Source of the DNA: Alphaproteobacteria bacterium
Lineage (GTDB): Bacteria > Pseudomonadota > Alphaproteobacteria > UBA8366
DNA: 64,000 bases
Assembly (NCBI GenBank): GCA_965228975.1
Contig: OZ245851.1
Coordinates: 53,940 to 117,939, forward strand
Reading direction: 5' to 3'
Shown: piece after piece, positions 36,649-45,424 of the stretch
Numbering within the stretch: the first letter of the stretch is position 1
Layout of the letters: each line of letters begins with the position of its first letter
The notes under the pieces: generated by a model
What the model was told of the DNA's origin: nothing
Seen by the model: only the letters and a program-made list of their open reading frames with translations
The model's database searches: none
Made by a program: the position numbers and the translations under genes

Positions 36649-37353
36649 TCAGTCGTAGGTCAGCCAGTCGCGCATCAGGGCGGTGACGGCCTCGGGCTGT
36701 TCGATCGTCGATAGATGGCCGCAATCCTCCACCACGCAGAGCCGTGCGTTGGGGATCATCTCCGCCATTTCCTCGCTGACCTCCAGCGGCGTGCCCTGGT
36801 CCTGCCGGCCGCAGATCACCGTCGTCGGCGTATCGATATCGGCGAGGATGGGCCGGCTGTCGCGCCGGTTCATGATCGCGGTCATCTGCTGGATGAACAC
36901 TTTAGCGCCGATCCGGTCGGCCATGCCGTAGGCGATGTCGACGTAGGTAGGATCGTCCACGCGGTCTGGGTGTAGCAGGATCGGCAGCGAGTTCTTTTTG
37001 ACGGTGTCGTAGTCGCCCGCTTCGGCGAGCGCGATCATTTCCTTGCGGACCGCGGTGCGTTCCGGCGGATCGTCGCGCGCCGACGTGTCGAGCAGCGCCA
37101 ATTTGGTGACGCGTTCCGGCGCCAGCCGCATCATCTCGAAGGCCATGTATCCGCCCATCGACAACCCGGCATAGGCGAATGCCGGCGGCGCCGCGTCCAG
37201 CATGCGCTTCGCCATGTCGACCAGCGAGTCGTCTTGGGTCGTGTCCACCATCGTCATATCGGCGATGTCGGCGAGGTGGGCGAATTGATGTTCCCAGAGC
37301 CTTTTGTCGTTCATGAGGCCGGGGCCAAGGACGAGAGGGATGCGGTCGGGCAT
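36649..37353 (-). CDS. alpha/beta hydrolase
   Basis: 234 aa with the nucleophile elbow GLSMGG and a C-terminal ...DCGHLS motif. Confidence 0.8.
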   Translation of the reverse strand: MPDRIPLVLGPGLMNDKRLWEHQFAHLADIADMTMVDTTQDDSLVDMAKRMLDAAPPAFAYAGLSMGGYMAFEMMRLAPERVTKLALLDTSARDDPPERTAVRKEMIALAEAGDYDTVKKNSLPILLHPDRVDDPTYVDIAYGMADRIGAKVFIQQMTAIMNRRDSRPILADIDTPTTVICGRQDQGTPLEVSEEMAEMIPNARLCVVEDCGHLSTIEQPEAVTALMRDWLTYD

Positions 37354-37447
37354 GGGGGTTTCCGCCTAAGGGGTTGCAGTTGCCGTTAGTGTACCTTGTG
37401 TGCGAATACACGAGTCAAATGAGCACCGAACGAAGAGGCGATGATCG

Positions 37448-38284
37448 ATGAGCAGTTTGAAGGAACTGGTGGCGGGACGCTACGGGGTCGAGCTGGATTG
37501 CGGCGCGGACATGGCGGCGGAAGGCGCCTTGGCGGGAATCTTGAGCCGGGGCTCGCAGCGGCACTACACCGACGAGCCGGTTACCGACGACTTATTGCAG
37601 GTCCTGCTCGCCTGCGCGCAGTCGGCGCCGACGAAATCCGACCTGCAGCAGTATTCGATCATCGTGGTCAAGGACGCGGACCTGCGCCAGAAGTTGAGCG
37701 ATCAGGGTGGCGGCATGGATTGGCCGCCGAAGGCCCCGGTCTTCCTGGTTTTCTGCGCCGATATCCACCGGATCCGCAAACTCGCGGGCATTCGCGGCCA
37801 CGATCACCAGAACGACAATGTCGATACCTTCATGAACGGCATTATCGACGCCGCCGTAGCGATGCAGTGCTTCATCAACGCGGCGGAGGCGGCGGGTCTT
37901 GGCACCTGTCCGATCAGTCAAATCCGCAACAAGATCGACGAGACCTGCGACCTGCTGGGCCTGCCCGAAGGGGTCTTCCCGATCGCCGGATTGGCCGTCG
38001 GCTGGCCAAAATTCCCCACGCCGCGCATTTCGCTGCGCCTGCCGCAGTCGGTCGTCGTCCATACCGACCGGTACGACGAAAGCAATATGCCGGCGGACGT
38101 GGAATCCTACGATCAACGGCGGCATGCGCATACGCCGCTTCCGGAAGCCAAGCAGCGTCACGTGGACAGATACGGCGCGCTCGACTACTGCCCCTGGTCG
38201 GAGAATGTGACTCGTCAACTTTCCCTGCCGGAGCGGCCCGGATTCCGGGAATTCCTCAACAAACACGGGTTCAAGCTGGGCTAG
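37448..38284 (+). CDS. nitroreductase family protein
   Basis: 278 aa. RGSQRHYT...AQSAPTKSDLQQYS matches the nitroreductase fold pattern. Confidence 0.8.
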   Translation: MSSLKELVAGRYGVELDCGADMAAEGALAGILSRGSQRHYTDEPVTDDLLQVLLACAQSAPTKSDLQQYSIIVVKDADLRQKLSDQGGGMDWPPKAPVFLVFCADIHRIRKLAGIRGHDHQNDNVDTFMNGIIDAAVAMQCFINAAEAAGLGTCPISQIRNKIDETCDLLGLPEGVFPIAGLAVGWPKFPTPRISLRLPQSVVVHTDRYDESNMPADVESYDQRRHAHTPLPEAKQRHVDRYGALDYCPWSENVTRQLSLPERPGFREFLNKHGFKLG

Positions 38285-38360
38285 GTCCGCTGGACCTGAC
38301 GGCGGGAGACCGGTAAAAATCGTGCCGACGAACGACACCAAAGCGCGGGAGTAAGAAGAC

Positions 38361-39146
38361 GTGACGGATAAAATGCTGGCGGAGAAATCACCGCCGGTCG
38401 CCACCATGACCTTCAACAACCCGGCCCGGCACAACGCGGTCTCGAGTGATATGTGGGCGGCCGCTGCCGAGATCATGACCGATTTCGTTGCCGACGATGC
38501 GATCCGCGCCATCGTCGTGACCGGCGCGGGCGGCAAGGCCTTCGTCTCCGGGGCCGACATCTCGAAATTCGAGGACGAGCGCGCGAATGCCGAGGCGGAG
38601 GAGCTGTATCACGCCCGCACGACGGAAGCGCGGAAGAAGCTGATCGAAGCGCCGAAGCCGACGATCGCTAAAATCCGCGGTTATTGCATTGGTGGCGGCG
38701 TTGCGACTGCGTTGGCTTGCGATATCCGAATCTGCTCGGACAATTCCCGCTTCGCCATTCCGGCCGCCAAGCTGGGGTTGGGATACGATTACTCGGGCAT
38801 CCGGAAGCTGGTCGACGTGGTCGGTCCGTCCTTCGCGAAGGAGATCTTCTATACCGCGCGGCAATTTTCGGCCGGCGAGGCCCGCGACATGGGATTGGTC
38901 GACCAGGTGGTGCCGGTGGACGACCTCGACGCCTATGTCCAGGATTACGCGGAAACCATTGCCGGCAACGCCCCGATGACGATGCATGCGTTGAAGACGA
39001 GCGTCGCCGAAATATTGCGGGATCCCGCCGACCGCGATCTGGATCTCTGCGACGAATTGGTCGATGCCGCCAATCACAGCCAGGACTATGAGGAAGGCCG
39101 CGCCGCCTTCATGGAGAAGCGCAAGCCCAATTTCGTCGGGCGTTAG
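38361..39146 (+). CDS. enoyl-CoA hydratase/isomerase family protein
   Basis: Crotonase pattern (FNNPARHNA, FVSGADI, GYCIGGG). Start is GTG 38361 or ATG 38373. Confidence 0.9.
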   Translation: MTDKMLAEKSPPVATMTFNNPARHNAVSSDMWAAAAEIMTDFVADDAIRAIVVTGAGGKAFVSGADISKFEDERANAEAEELYHARTTEARKKLIEAPKPTIAKIRGYCIGGGVATALACDIRICSDNSRFAIPAAKLGLGYDYSGIRKLVDVVGPSFAKEIFYTARQFSAGEARDMGLVDQVVPVDDLDAYVQDYAETIAGNAPMTMHALKTSVAEILRDPADRDLDLCDELVDAANHSQDYEEGRAAFMEKRKPNFVGR

Positions 39147-39296
39147 ACATCGCCGTCGAGATTCGCCCTGTCATGGGGCAATGTGTATTATCCCGCCCGG
39201 CACCGGCCAACCGTTTAGGTGCCGTCCCGCCAGCGGGCGGCCCGTGCATTGGGCACGCCTCGGCATCCAACAACCCCACAGTTAGAAGAAGAAAGA

Positions 39297-41462
39297 ATGG
39301 ACGCCAGATCGATCATTGCGGATGCCCGGCGCGACGGCCGCCAAGCGCTGGACGAGGAAACCGGAAAACAGCTGTTGGCCGGGTGTGGGATTGCGGTACC
39401 GCAGTCAATCGTGGTCGCCGATGGGGCGGCCGCCGCGGAAGTCGACGGCTTGTCCTATCCGGTGGTCGCCAAGGTCATGTCCGAGGAAATCCTGCACAAG
39501 AGCGATGCCGGCGGCGTCCAGATCAACCTTCAGTCTCCCGACGAGGTTCGGGCGGCGATCGACACGATGGCCGCGGCGCCGGGAATTAAAGGCCGCAAGA
39601 TCGACGGTTATTTGGTCGAGGAAATGGCGCCCAAGGGCCAGGAAGTGGTCGTCGGCGCGGTGCGTGACCCGCAATTCGGCCCGATGATCATGGTAGGCCT
39701 CGGCGGTATCTTCGTCGAAGTCCTGGCGGATGTCGCGTTCCGGCTTTGCCCGATCACTGAACAAGACGCCGTCTCGATGCTGGACGAGCTGCGCGGCGGC
39801 GCCTTGCTCGACGGCGTGCGCGGTCGGGCGGCGGTGTCCCGTCAGGCCATCGTCGACGTATTGCTCAAACTCGGCGGCGCGGGCGGCCTGTTGATGGAAC
39901 TGCGCGACGACCTGGCCGAAGTGGACGTGAACCCGTTGATCGTCTCGGCCGACGGGGCGGTCGCGGTCGATGCGCGGTTCATCCTCCGCGAAAAAGGCGA
40001 CGAGACATCACAGGACGGCGACCCCGTCGAAGCCGGCGATTTCGAGAAGTTGTTCGCGCCGGATGCGATCGCCGTGGTCGGCGCGTCGAGCACCGGCGTT
40101 ACCATCGCCAACACCTTCATCCAGCGCATGCATAACTTCGGCTTCGATAAGCCGATCTATCCGATCCATCCGAAGGCGGACGAGGTCGAGGGCCTGAAGG
40201 CCTATCCGTCCTTCGCCGACATGCCGACGCCCGCGGACTATTGCTATATCGCCGTGGGCGCGGCGAACGTGCCGCCCGTGTTGGCGAGCATGGAGAACCG
40301 GGTACGCTTCGCGCAGGTGATCTCGAGCGGATTCGCCGAGGTGTCTCATGGCGTGGACCTGGAAGCGGATTTGGTGGCATCGGCCCGCAAGGGCGGCGTC
40401 CGGGTTCTGGGACCGAACTGTCTCGGCATGTACTCGCCGCGCGGCAAGGTGACCTTTCCGGTGGCGCCGCCGAAGGAGCTGGGCACGGTCGGTGTGATCT
40501 CGCAAAGCGGCGGGCTCGGCACCGATATCATCACCCGTGGCGATCGCCGCGGTATCCGCTTCAGCGGCCTCGTCACGGTCGGTAACAGCGCGGACCTGGG
40601 GCCCAATGACCTGCTCGAATTCTATCTCGCCGATTCCGAGACCAAGGTCGTCGGCATGTATGTCGAAGGCATTCGCGACGGCCGCCGCCTGTTCGACGTA
40701 TTGCGGAAGAACAACGCCGAGAAGCCGGTCGTGATCCTGAAAGGCGGCCGCACGCAGAAGGGCCTCGCGGCGGCGGCGTCGCATACCGGCTCGCTCGCGG
40801 GCGACGACCGGGTCTGGGTTGCGCTGTCGCAGCAGACCGGCTGCGTGCTGGCGGAAACGCTGGACGAGTTCCTCGATATCCTGCTGGCGTTCCAGACGCT
40901 GACGCCGCGCCGCGACAAGGCGACATCGCAGGTGGCCTTGTTCGGCAACGGCGGCGGCACCAGCGTGCTGGCGACCGACTTCTTCTATCGCCATGGTCTC
41001 GACATCGACCCGTTCGGCGACGCGGCCTATAAGGGGCTGGAAGCCCTGGACCTGCCGCCCGGCACCAGCATCGCCAATCCGGTCGACGCGCCGGTCGGCA
41101 CCATGCAGCAGGAAGAAGGTCGGATCGCTGAGAAGATCCTCGACGTGATCTACGCCAACGCCAGTCCCGAGGCGTTGGTGATGCATTTGAACCTCGCCGC
41201 CTTCGTCGGGCGCGGACCGATCGACCCACTCGACAACCTGATCACCGCGGCGGAACGGGTGCAGGAGAAATATCCCGGCCAAGCGCATTTCGCGCTGGTC
41301 CTGCGGTCCAGCGGCGCGCCGGACATCGAGGAAAGCAAACAGAAATACCGTCAGCGCGCCCTCGACGTGGGCATTCCAGTCTATGACGAATTGAGCAATA
41401 CGGCTTTTGCGCTGTCCGCGGTCAGCCGCTATGAAGCCTTCGTCGCCGCGCGCAATACATGA
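39297..41462 (+). CDS. ADP-forming acyl-CoA synthetase (acetate--CoA ligase family); order is ATP-grasp then CoA-binding
   Basis: N-terminal ATP-grasp (YPVVAKVMSEEILHKSDAGGVQINL). This is followed by the CoA-binding segment IAVVGASSTG. Start at ATG 39297, so the track start is too early. Confidence 0.85.
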   Translation: MDARSIIADARRDGRQALDEETGKQLLAGCGIAVPQSIVVADGAAAAEVDGLSYPVVAKVMSEEILHKSDAGGVQINLQSPDEVRAAIDTMAAAPGIKGRKIDGYLVEEMAPKGQEVVVGAVRDPQFGPMIMVGLGGIFVEVLADVAFRLCPITEQDAVSMLDELRGGALLDGVRGRAAVSRQAIVDVLLKLGGAGGLLMELRDDLAEVDVNPLIVSADGAVAVDARFILREKGDETSQDGDPVEAGDFEKLFAPDAIAVVGASSTGVTIANTFIQRMHNFGFDKPIYPIHPKADEVEGLKAYPSFADMPTPADYCYIAVGAANVPPVLASMENRVRFAQVISSGFAEVSHGVDLEADLVASARKGGVRVLGPNCLGMYSPRGKVTFPVAPPKELGTVGVISQSGGLGTDIITRGDRRGIRFSGLVTVGNSADLGPNDLLEFYLADSETKVVGMYVEGIRDGRRLFDVLRKNNAEKPVVILKGGRTQKGLAAAASHTGSLAGDDRVWVALSQQTGCVLAETLDEFLDILLAFQTLTPRRDKATSQVALFGNGGGTSVLATDFFYRHGLDIDPFGDAAYKGLEALDLPPGTSIANPVDAPVGTMQQEEGRIAEKILDVIYANASPEALVMHLNLAAFVGRGPIDPLDNLITAAERVQEKYPGQAHFALVLRSSGAPDIEESKQKYRQRALDVGIPVYDELSNTAFALSAVSRYEAFVAARNT

Positions 41463-41504
41463 CGAAATGCCGTCGTCCCGTCGGCGTCAGCGGGCTTATT
41501 GGCC

Positions 41505-42296
41505 TTACTTGAGCTTATCCGGAATGGGGCCGTCATTCGTCGTCGGACTGTTGACGAAGACCATCAGGGTTTCCACCGCCGGAAGGTCCGCCGCCTCGAC
41601 GCCGTCCACTTCGAAGGAGTGATACCCCCGGCCCATGCCGTAGGCCTGTGAGATGAACAGGCGGCACCGCTTATCGTAGGCGCCGATCTTCACCTTCCAA
41701 TGCTTGTTTGCGATGGTTTTCCGGCCGAACAGCCGTTTTTCCGTTCGGAACCAATGGGGAGTCCATTTGAAACCGTTCGCGTCGATCGGGGCGATATAGC
41801 GCCCGCGGGACTGCTGTTTGAGGCGTTCCCGCGCTTCCCAGCAAACGACGCGGGCCGCCTCGTCTCTGTGCTCGCGTTCTTCGAGGGTCTCAAGACGGCT
41901 TTGATAGTGGTTGCGGTAGAGCATCTCCAACCGGCCCAAATGCTCCTTGCGCGGTATGACCTCGATGATCGTGAAGTCGCCATATTCGTCGATCAATGGT
42001 TCGCCGTTTTCGGTTAGGTAGGTATTCACGCGGCCACCAAAATAGTCGCCGATCGAGGCCGATTTGATGATTGCCTGCAGCTTCGCTTTTCGCCTGTTCC
42101 GCTCCTTTCTGGGGAAGGAGGAAAATGTGCGCGGACGCGGATTCGTCTTGCGCCGGGGTTGTCGGATCGGGCCGCCCTGACTGGGGTCGTCGGCGACCCA
42201 TTCCATGCCCGACCCGTTGCACATGACGCAAGTTCCGGCGCCGGTGACTGCGTCCCGGCCGGACCCCGAACAGTAGCTGCAGATGACCTGTTTCAC
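41505..42296 (-). CDS. hypothetical protein with an N-terminal DnaJ-type zinc finger (2x CxxCxGxG)
   Basis: GTG start with AAGGAAGG 5 nt upstream. CSYCSGSG and CVMCNGSG motifs, a basic linker (PRRKTNPRPR...RKERNRRKAK), then about 190 aa with no family recognised. GC looks lower than in the neighbours. Confidence 0.65.
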   Translation of the reverse strand: MKQVICSYCSGSGRDAVTGAGTCVMCNGSGMEWVADDPSQGGPIRQPRRKTNPRPRTFSSFPRKERNRRKAKLQAIIKSASIGDYFGGRVNTYLTENGEPLIDEYGDFTIIEVIPRKEHLGRLEMLYRNHYQSRLETLEEREHRDEAARVVCWEARERLKQQSRGRYIAPIDANGFKWTPHWFRTEKRLFGRKTIANKHWKVKIGAYDKRCRLFISQAYGMGRGYHSFEVDGVEAADLPAVETLMVFVNSPTTNDGPIPDKLK

Positions 42297-42323
42297 GAGG
42301 CCTTCCTTTTCGGGCCAAGCGGT

Positions 42324-43706
42324 CTAGTCGGCGGCCGCGGGCCGGGCGGCGAGCGAACTCGACGCCGAGAAATCGATATCCTCCGGGTAGCCGGCGACCG
42401 CACGTTTCAAGGCGTTTTCCAGGCGGCCCACCACGTCGTCGATCTCCGCCTCGGTGATGATCAGCGGCGGCGCGACCCGCATGTAGTTCTTCACGCAGAT
42501 CGTGATCACGCCTTCCATCGCCGCGTTGTAGCGGAACCGCTCGGCCATGGCGTAGTCGGGCGTCTTGCTCTGCTTGTCGGTGACGATGTCGAGCATCTGG
42601 TAAAGGCCCTTGCCCCGGATGTCGCCGATGCACTCGTAGCGTTCCTTCAGGCCGTCGAGCTTCCCGCGCAGGATCGCGCCCAGTTTCTCGGCTCGCCCGG
42701 CCAGGTCGTCGCGCAATATGATCTGCAGGCTCTTCAGCGCCACCGCCGACGGCAGCGGGTCTGCCGAATAGGTGCCGGCCCAGGGCAGCCCCGCGTCGCC
42801 CTCCACCGCCTCGGCGATTTCCGGCGTCGTCACGGTGCCGCAGATCGCGAGGCCGACCGACATGCCCTTGGCGAAGGTTACGATGTCGGGCATCACGTCG
42901 TTGTGCTCGAAGGCCCAGAGCTTGCCCGTCCGAGCGGGGGCCAGCTGTGCTTCGTCCAGGATCAATAGCGACCCCCAATCGTCCGCCAGCTTCCGCATGC
43001 GCGGCAGCCATTCCGCCGGCGGCACGATCATGCCGCCCGGCACCAGGATCGATTCGGCGATAATCCCCGCGACCGACTTGCTGGTCATATGCTCCATCAT
43101 GTCTTCGCTGAGCTTTAGGCAGTCGATGTCGCAGGACGGGTATTCCAGGTTCACCGGGCACCGGAAGCAGAAGGGGGCGAGGATCGCGTTCGACCGCGCG
43201 GGCATCATCAACGGGCCGAGGCCGCCCTTGCGTTCGCCGCCGACGCTGGTCACCGACTCGACCGCGAGCGACCCGCCGTGCAGGCCGCGCAGCACCGATA
43301 CGATGTCGTGCTTGCCGGTCTTGGCGATCGCCATGCGCATGGCGATCTCGTTCGCCTCGGACCCGGTGACCGCGAAATTCACGACCTTCAGGTTGCCGGG
43401 CAGGGTGCTGGTGATCAGCTCCGCGAACTCGACCGCCCAGGGGTTCGAGTACCAGGACGATTCGTGCACCAGCTTGCCCGCCTGTTCGCGGATCGTCTCG
43501 GTCAGTTCCGGGTGCGAATGGCCCAGCACCATGCACATCATGCCGGCGGTCAGATCGTAATAGTCGTTGCCGTCCACGTCGGTGACGAAGACGCCCTTGC
43601 CGCTCTCCAGGATGATGCGCGGTTCGTAGCGCCAGCCGAACACGGTCTCGGCATCGCGCTCCATCAGGTCGATATGCCGGTTGGAAAACGAGAAGTCTTT
43701 GGTCAT
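42324..43706 (-). CDS. class-III (omega) aminotransferase
   Basis: 460 aa. The pattern (DYYDLTAGMMCMVLGHSHPE, FAVTGSEANE, LLILDEAQ, TFAKG) is typical of the aspartate aminotransferase family, class III. Confidence 0.9.
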   Translation of the reverse strand: MTKDFSFSNRHIDLMERDAETVFGWRYEPRIILESGKGVFVTDVDGNDYYDLTAGMMCMVLGHSHPELTETIREQAGKLVHESSWYSNPWAVEFAELITSTLPGNLKVVNFAVTGSEANEIAMRMAIAKTGKHDIVSVLRGLHGGSLAVESVTSVGGERKGGLGPLMMPARSNAILAPFCFRCPVNLEYPSCDIDCLKLSEDMMEHMTSKSVAGIIAESILVPGGMIVPPAEWLPRMRKLADDWGSLLILDEAQLAPARTGKLWAFEHNDVMPDIVTFAKGMSVGLAICGTVTTPEIAEAVEGDAGLPWAGTYSADPLPSAVALKSLQIILRDDLAGRAEKLGAILRGKLDGLKERYECIGDIRGKGLYQMLDIVTDKQSKTPDYAMAERFRYNAAMEGVITICVKNYMRVAPPLIITEAEIDDVVGRLENALKRAVAGYPEDIDFSASSSLAARPAAAD

Positions 43707-43755
43707 TGCCGTACCCTTTCCGAATACCCTTCGGGTATTGGAACGCGGATCGGCG

Positions 43756-45246
43756 CTATCTGTCCAGCGGGAAGAGGCCGGCGCGCGCGTTTCGGTAGGG
43801 CAGGGTCGTCAGGTCGGCGGGTCCCCAGTCGGGCGTGTCGACGACGACGATCTCCTCGGCGATGTCCTCGTAAACCGCGCGGAAATGCGTCTTCGACCGC
43901 AGCAGGACGATGTCGAAGTCGTCAATGTCGTAGCCGAACTGGGAGAACGGGTCGAGGTCGATGGCGAACACGTAGCGCGAAACGATCGAGACGACGACGT
44001 TGCCGGTGTCGATCACCGCGGTCGGACCGAGGCGGATTTCGTAGCCGTTCCACATCTTGCCCGTGCCGCGATAGGACTTGTCCCCGGCATAGACGACGCG
44101 GCCCTTCAGCGTCACTGGCGGTCCCGCGCGGTCCGATGACCAGCCGCCGACCGTCAGCGTGACCTCCGCCCCTTCGCCCGCCGCGATGGCCTTTTCCGCC
44201 GCTGCCGCGTCCCACAGGTAGGGCACCATGACGCGGGGGCCGGGATGTTTCATCAGTTCGTCCAGGATGTGGGTCGAATCGTTCATCCGGTCGGCATGTT
44301 CCAACAGGACCACCGGCCGTTTAGCGCTTCGGGACAGGTCGACCGCACGGCGGACGCCGTCCTGCAGGCCCGATACCATGTCCTCGTGCAGCAAGGATTC
44401 GCGGGCCTGCCAAATCCGGTCCGCGAGCGCATCGGCGGCCCGGTCGGCCAGAGCCTGGTCGCCGTCCGCTACCACGACCACGCTGAACCCGACCTGCGGC
44501 ACGTCTGCATAGGCGAAACCACAGAAGATCGAGACGTCGACGATGGCGTCGTGGTCGTGTTCCCAGGCGAACCCCTCGGCGACGATGTCGGACAGGGGCG
44601 GGATCGACGTGGCGGTGAAGATGCTGGGCAGCATCACGTCGGGCTTGCGGATCGCCATGACGGGCGCGATGTCGCCGCGCAGCATCCGCACCAGCGCGCG
44701 GGCGGCGCGGCGGCCCGTTTCGTCCATATCGGTATGCGGGGAGTAGTGGTAGCCGAACAGCCCGTCCGCCAAATCGCCGAAGCGCGCGTCGATATTGCCG
44801 TGCAGGTCCGACGCCACCATGACCGGCAGTTCGGGGCCGAGGGCGTACCGCACCGCGTGCATGAATTCCTGTTCGGGATCGGTGCGGGTGGGCGTCGTCA
44901 TCGCGCCATGTAGGAACAGCAACACGCCGTCGACCTGGTCGCGGACGTCTGCCAATCCGGTACAGATTTCATCGCGGTAGTGGACGAAGGCGTCGTCCGA
45001 CGCATTGCCGCCCGCGCCGAGGTCGGCATAGGTGAGCGGCACGATCTCGACCCCCTCGGCGTCGAGCACGTCGATGAATCCGCCGCCCGGCGACTGCGAG
45101 CCGCGCAGCCCCTCGGTCAGCGCTTCGCCGCGATATGTGACCGCCTCGAAGTCGGCGATGCTTGCCGCGCCCGGCAGGAAAGAAACGGATTCGAGCGCGA
45201 ACCCGGCGACGGCGACGCGCAGGCGTTTATGGGTTTGGGAGGACAT
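43756..45246 (-). CDS. M81 family metallopeptidase (MlrC-like), second copy
   Basis: N-terminal LRVAVAGFALESVSF. Length and overall pattern are colinear with the 33498-35000 product. Confidence 0.8.
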   Translation of the reverse strand: MSSQTHKRLRVAVAGFALESVSFLPGAASIADFEAVTYRGEALTEGLRGSQSPGGGFIDVLDAEGVEIVPLTYADLGAGGNASDDAFVHYRDEICTGLADVRDQVDGVLLFLHGAMTTPTRTDPEQEFMHAVRYALGPELPVMVASDLHGNIDARFGDLADGLFGYHYSPHTDMDETGRRAARALVRMLRGDIAPVMAIRKPDVMLPSIFTATSIPPLSDIVAEGFAWEHDHDAIVDVSIFCGFAYADVPQVGFSVVVVADGDQALADRAADALADRIWQARESLLHEDMVSGLQDGVRRAVDLSRSAKRPVVLLEHADRMNDSTHILDELMKHPGPRVMVPYLWDAAAAEKAIAAGEGAEVTLTVGGWSSDRAGPPVTLKGRVVYAGDKSYRGTGKMWNGYEIRLGPTAVIDTGNVVVSIVSRYVFAIDLDPFSQFGYDIDDFDIVLLRSKTHFRAVYEDIAEEIVVVDTPDWGPADLTTLPYRNARAGLFPLDR

Positions 45247-45332
45247 GGTGGCGCGGCTCCGGGTGGCAGGAATGCCCGATCATACCGCCACGGGTCATCG
45301 CCGCCAGTAGTTCATTGCTGAACCCTGTGACG

Positions 45333-45398
45333 GTCATCCCCGCGAAAGCGGGGATCCACCTGGACCGGTTTTTGGATTCCCGTTTTCGCGGGAATGAC
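45333..45398. repeat. inverted pair of REP-like palindromic hairpin units
   Basis: GTCATCCCCGCGAAAGCGGGGATCCA (45333-45358) faces TGGATTCCCGTTTTCGCGGGAATGAC (45373-45398). Each unit is itself a hairpin. The intergenic ORF translation reads ...IPAKAGIH...FRGND, which I recognise as the signature of a widespread proteobacterial repeat family. Confidence 0.7.
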
Positions 45399-45424
45399 AC
45401 GGAGTCGGGTATCTCCGTGCTGCC

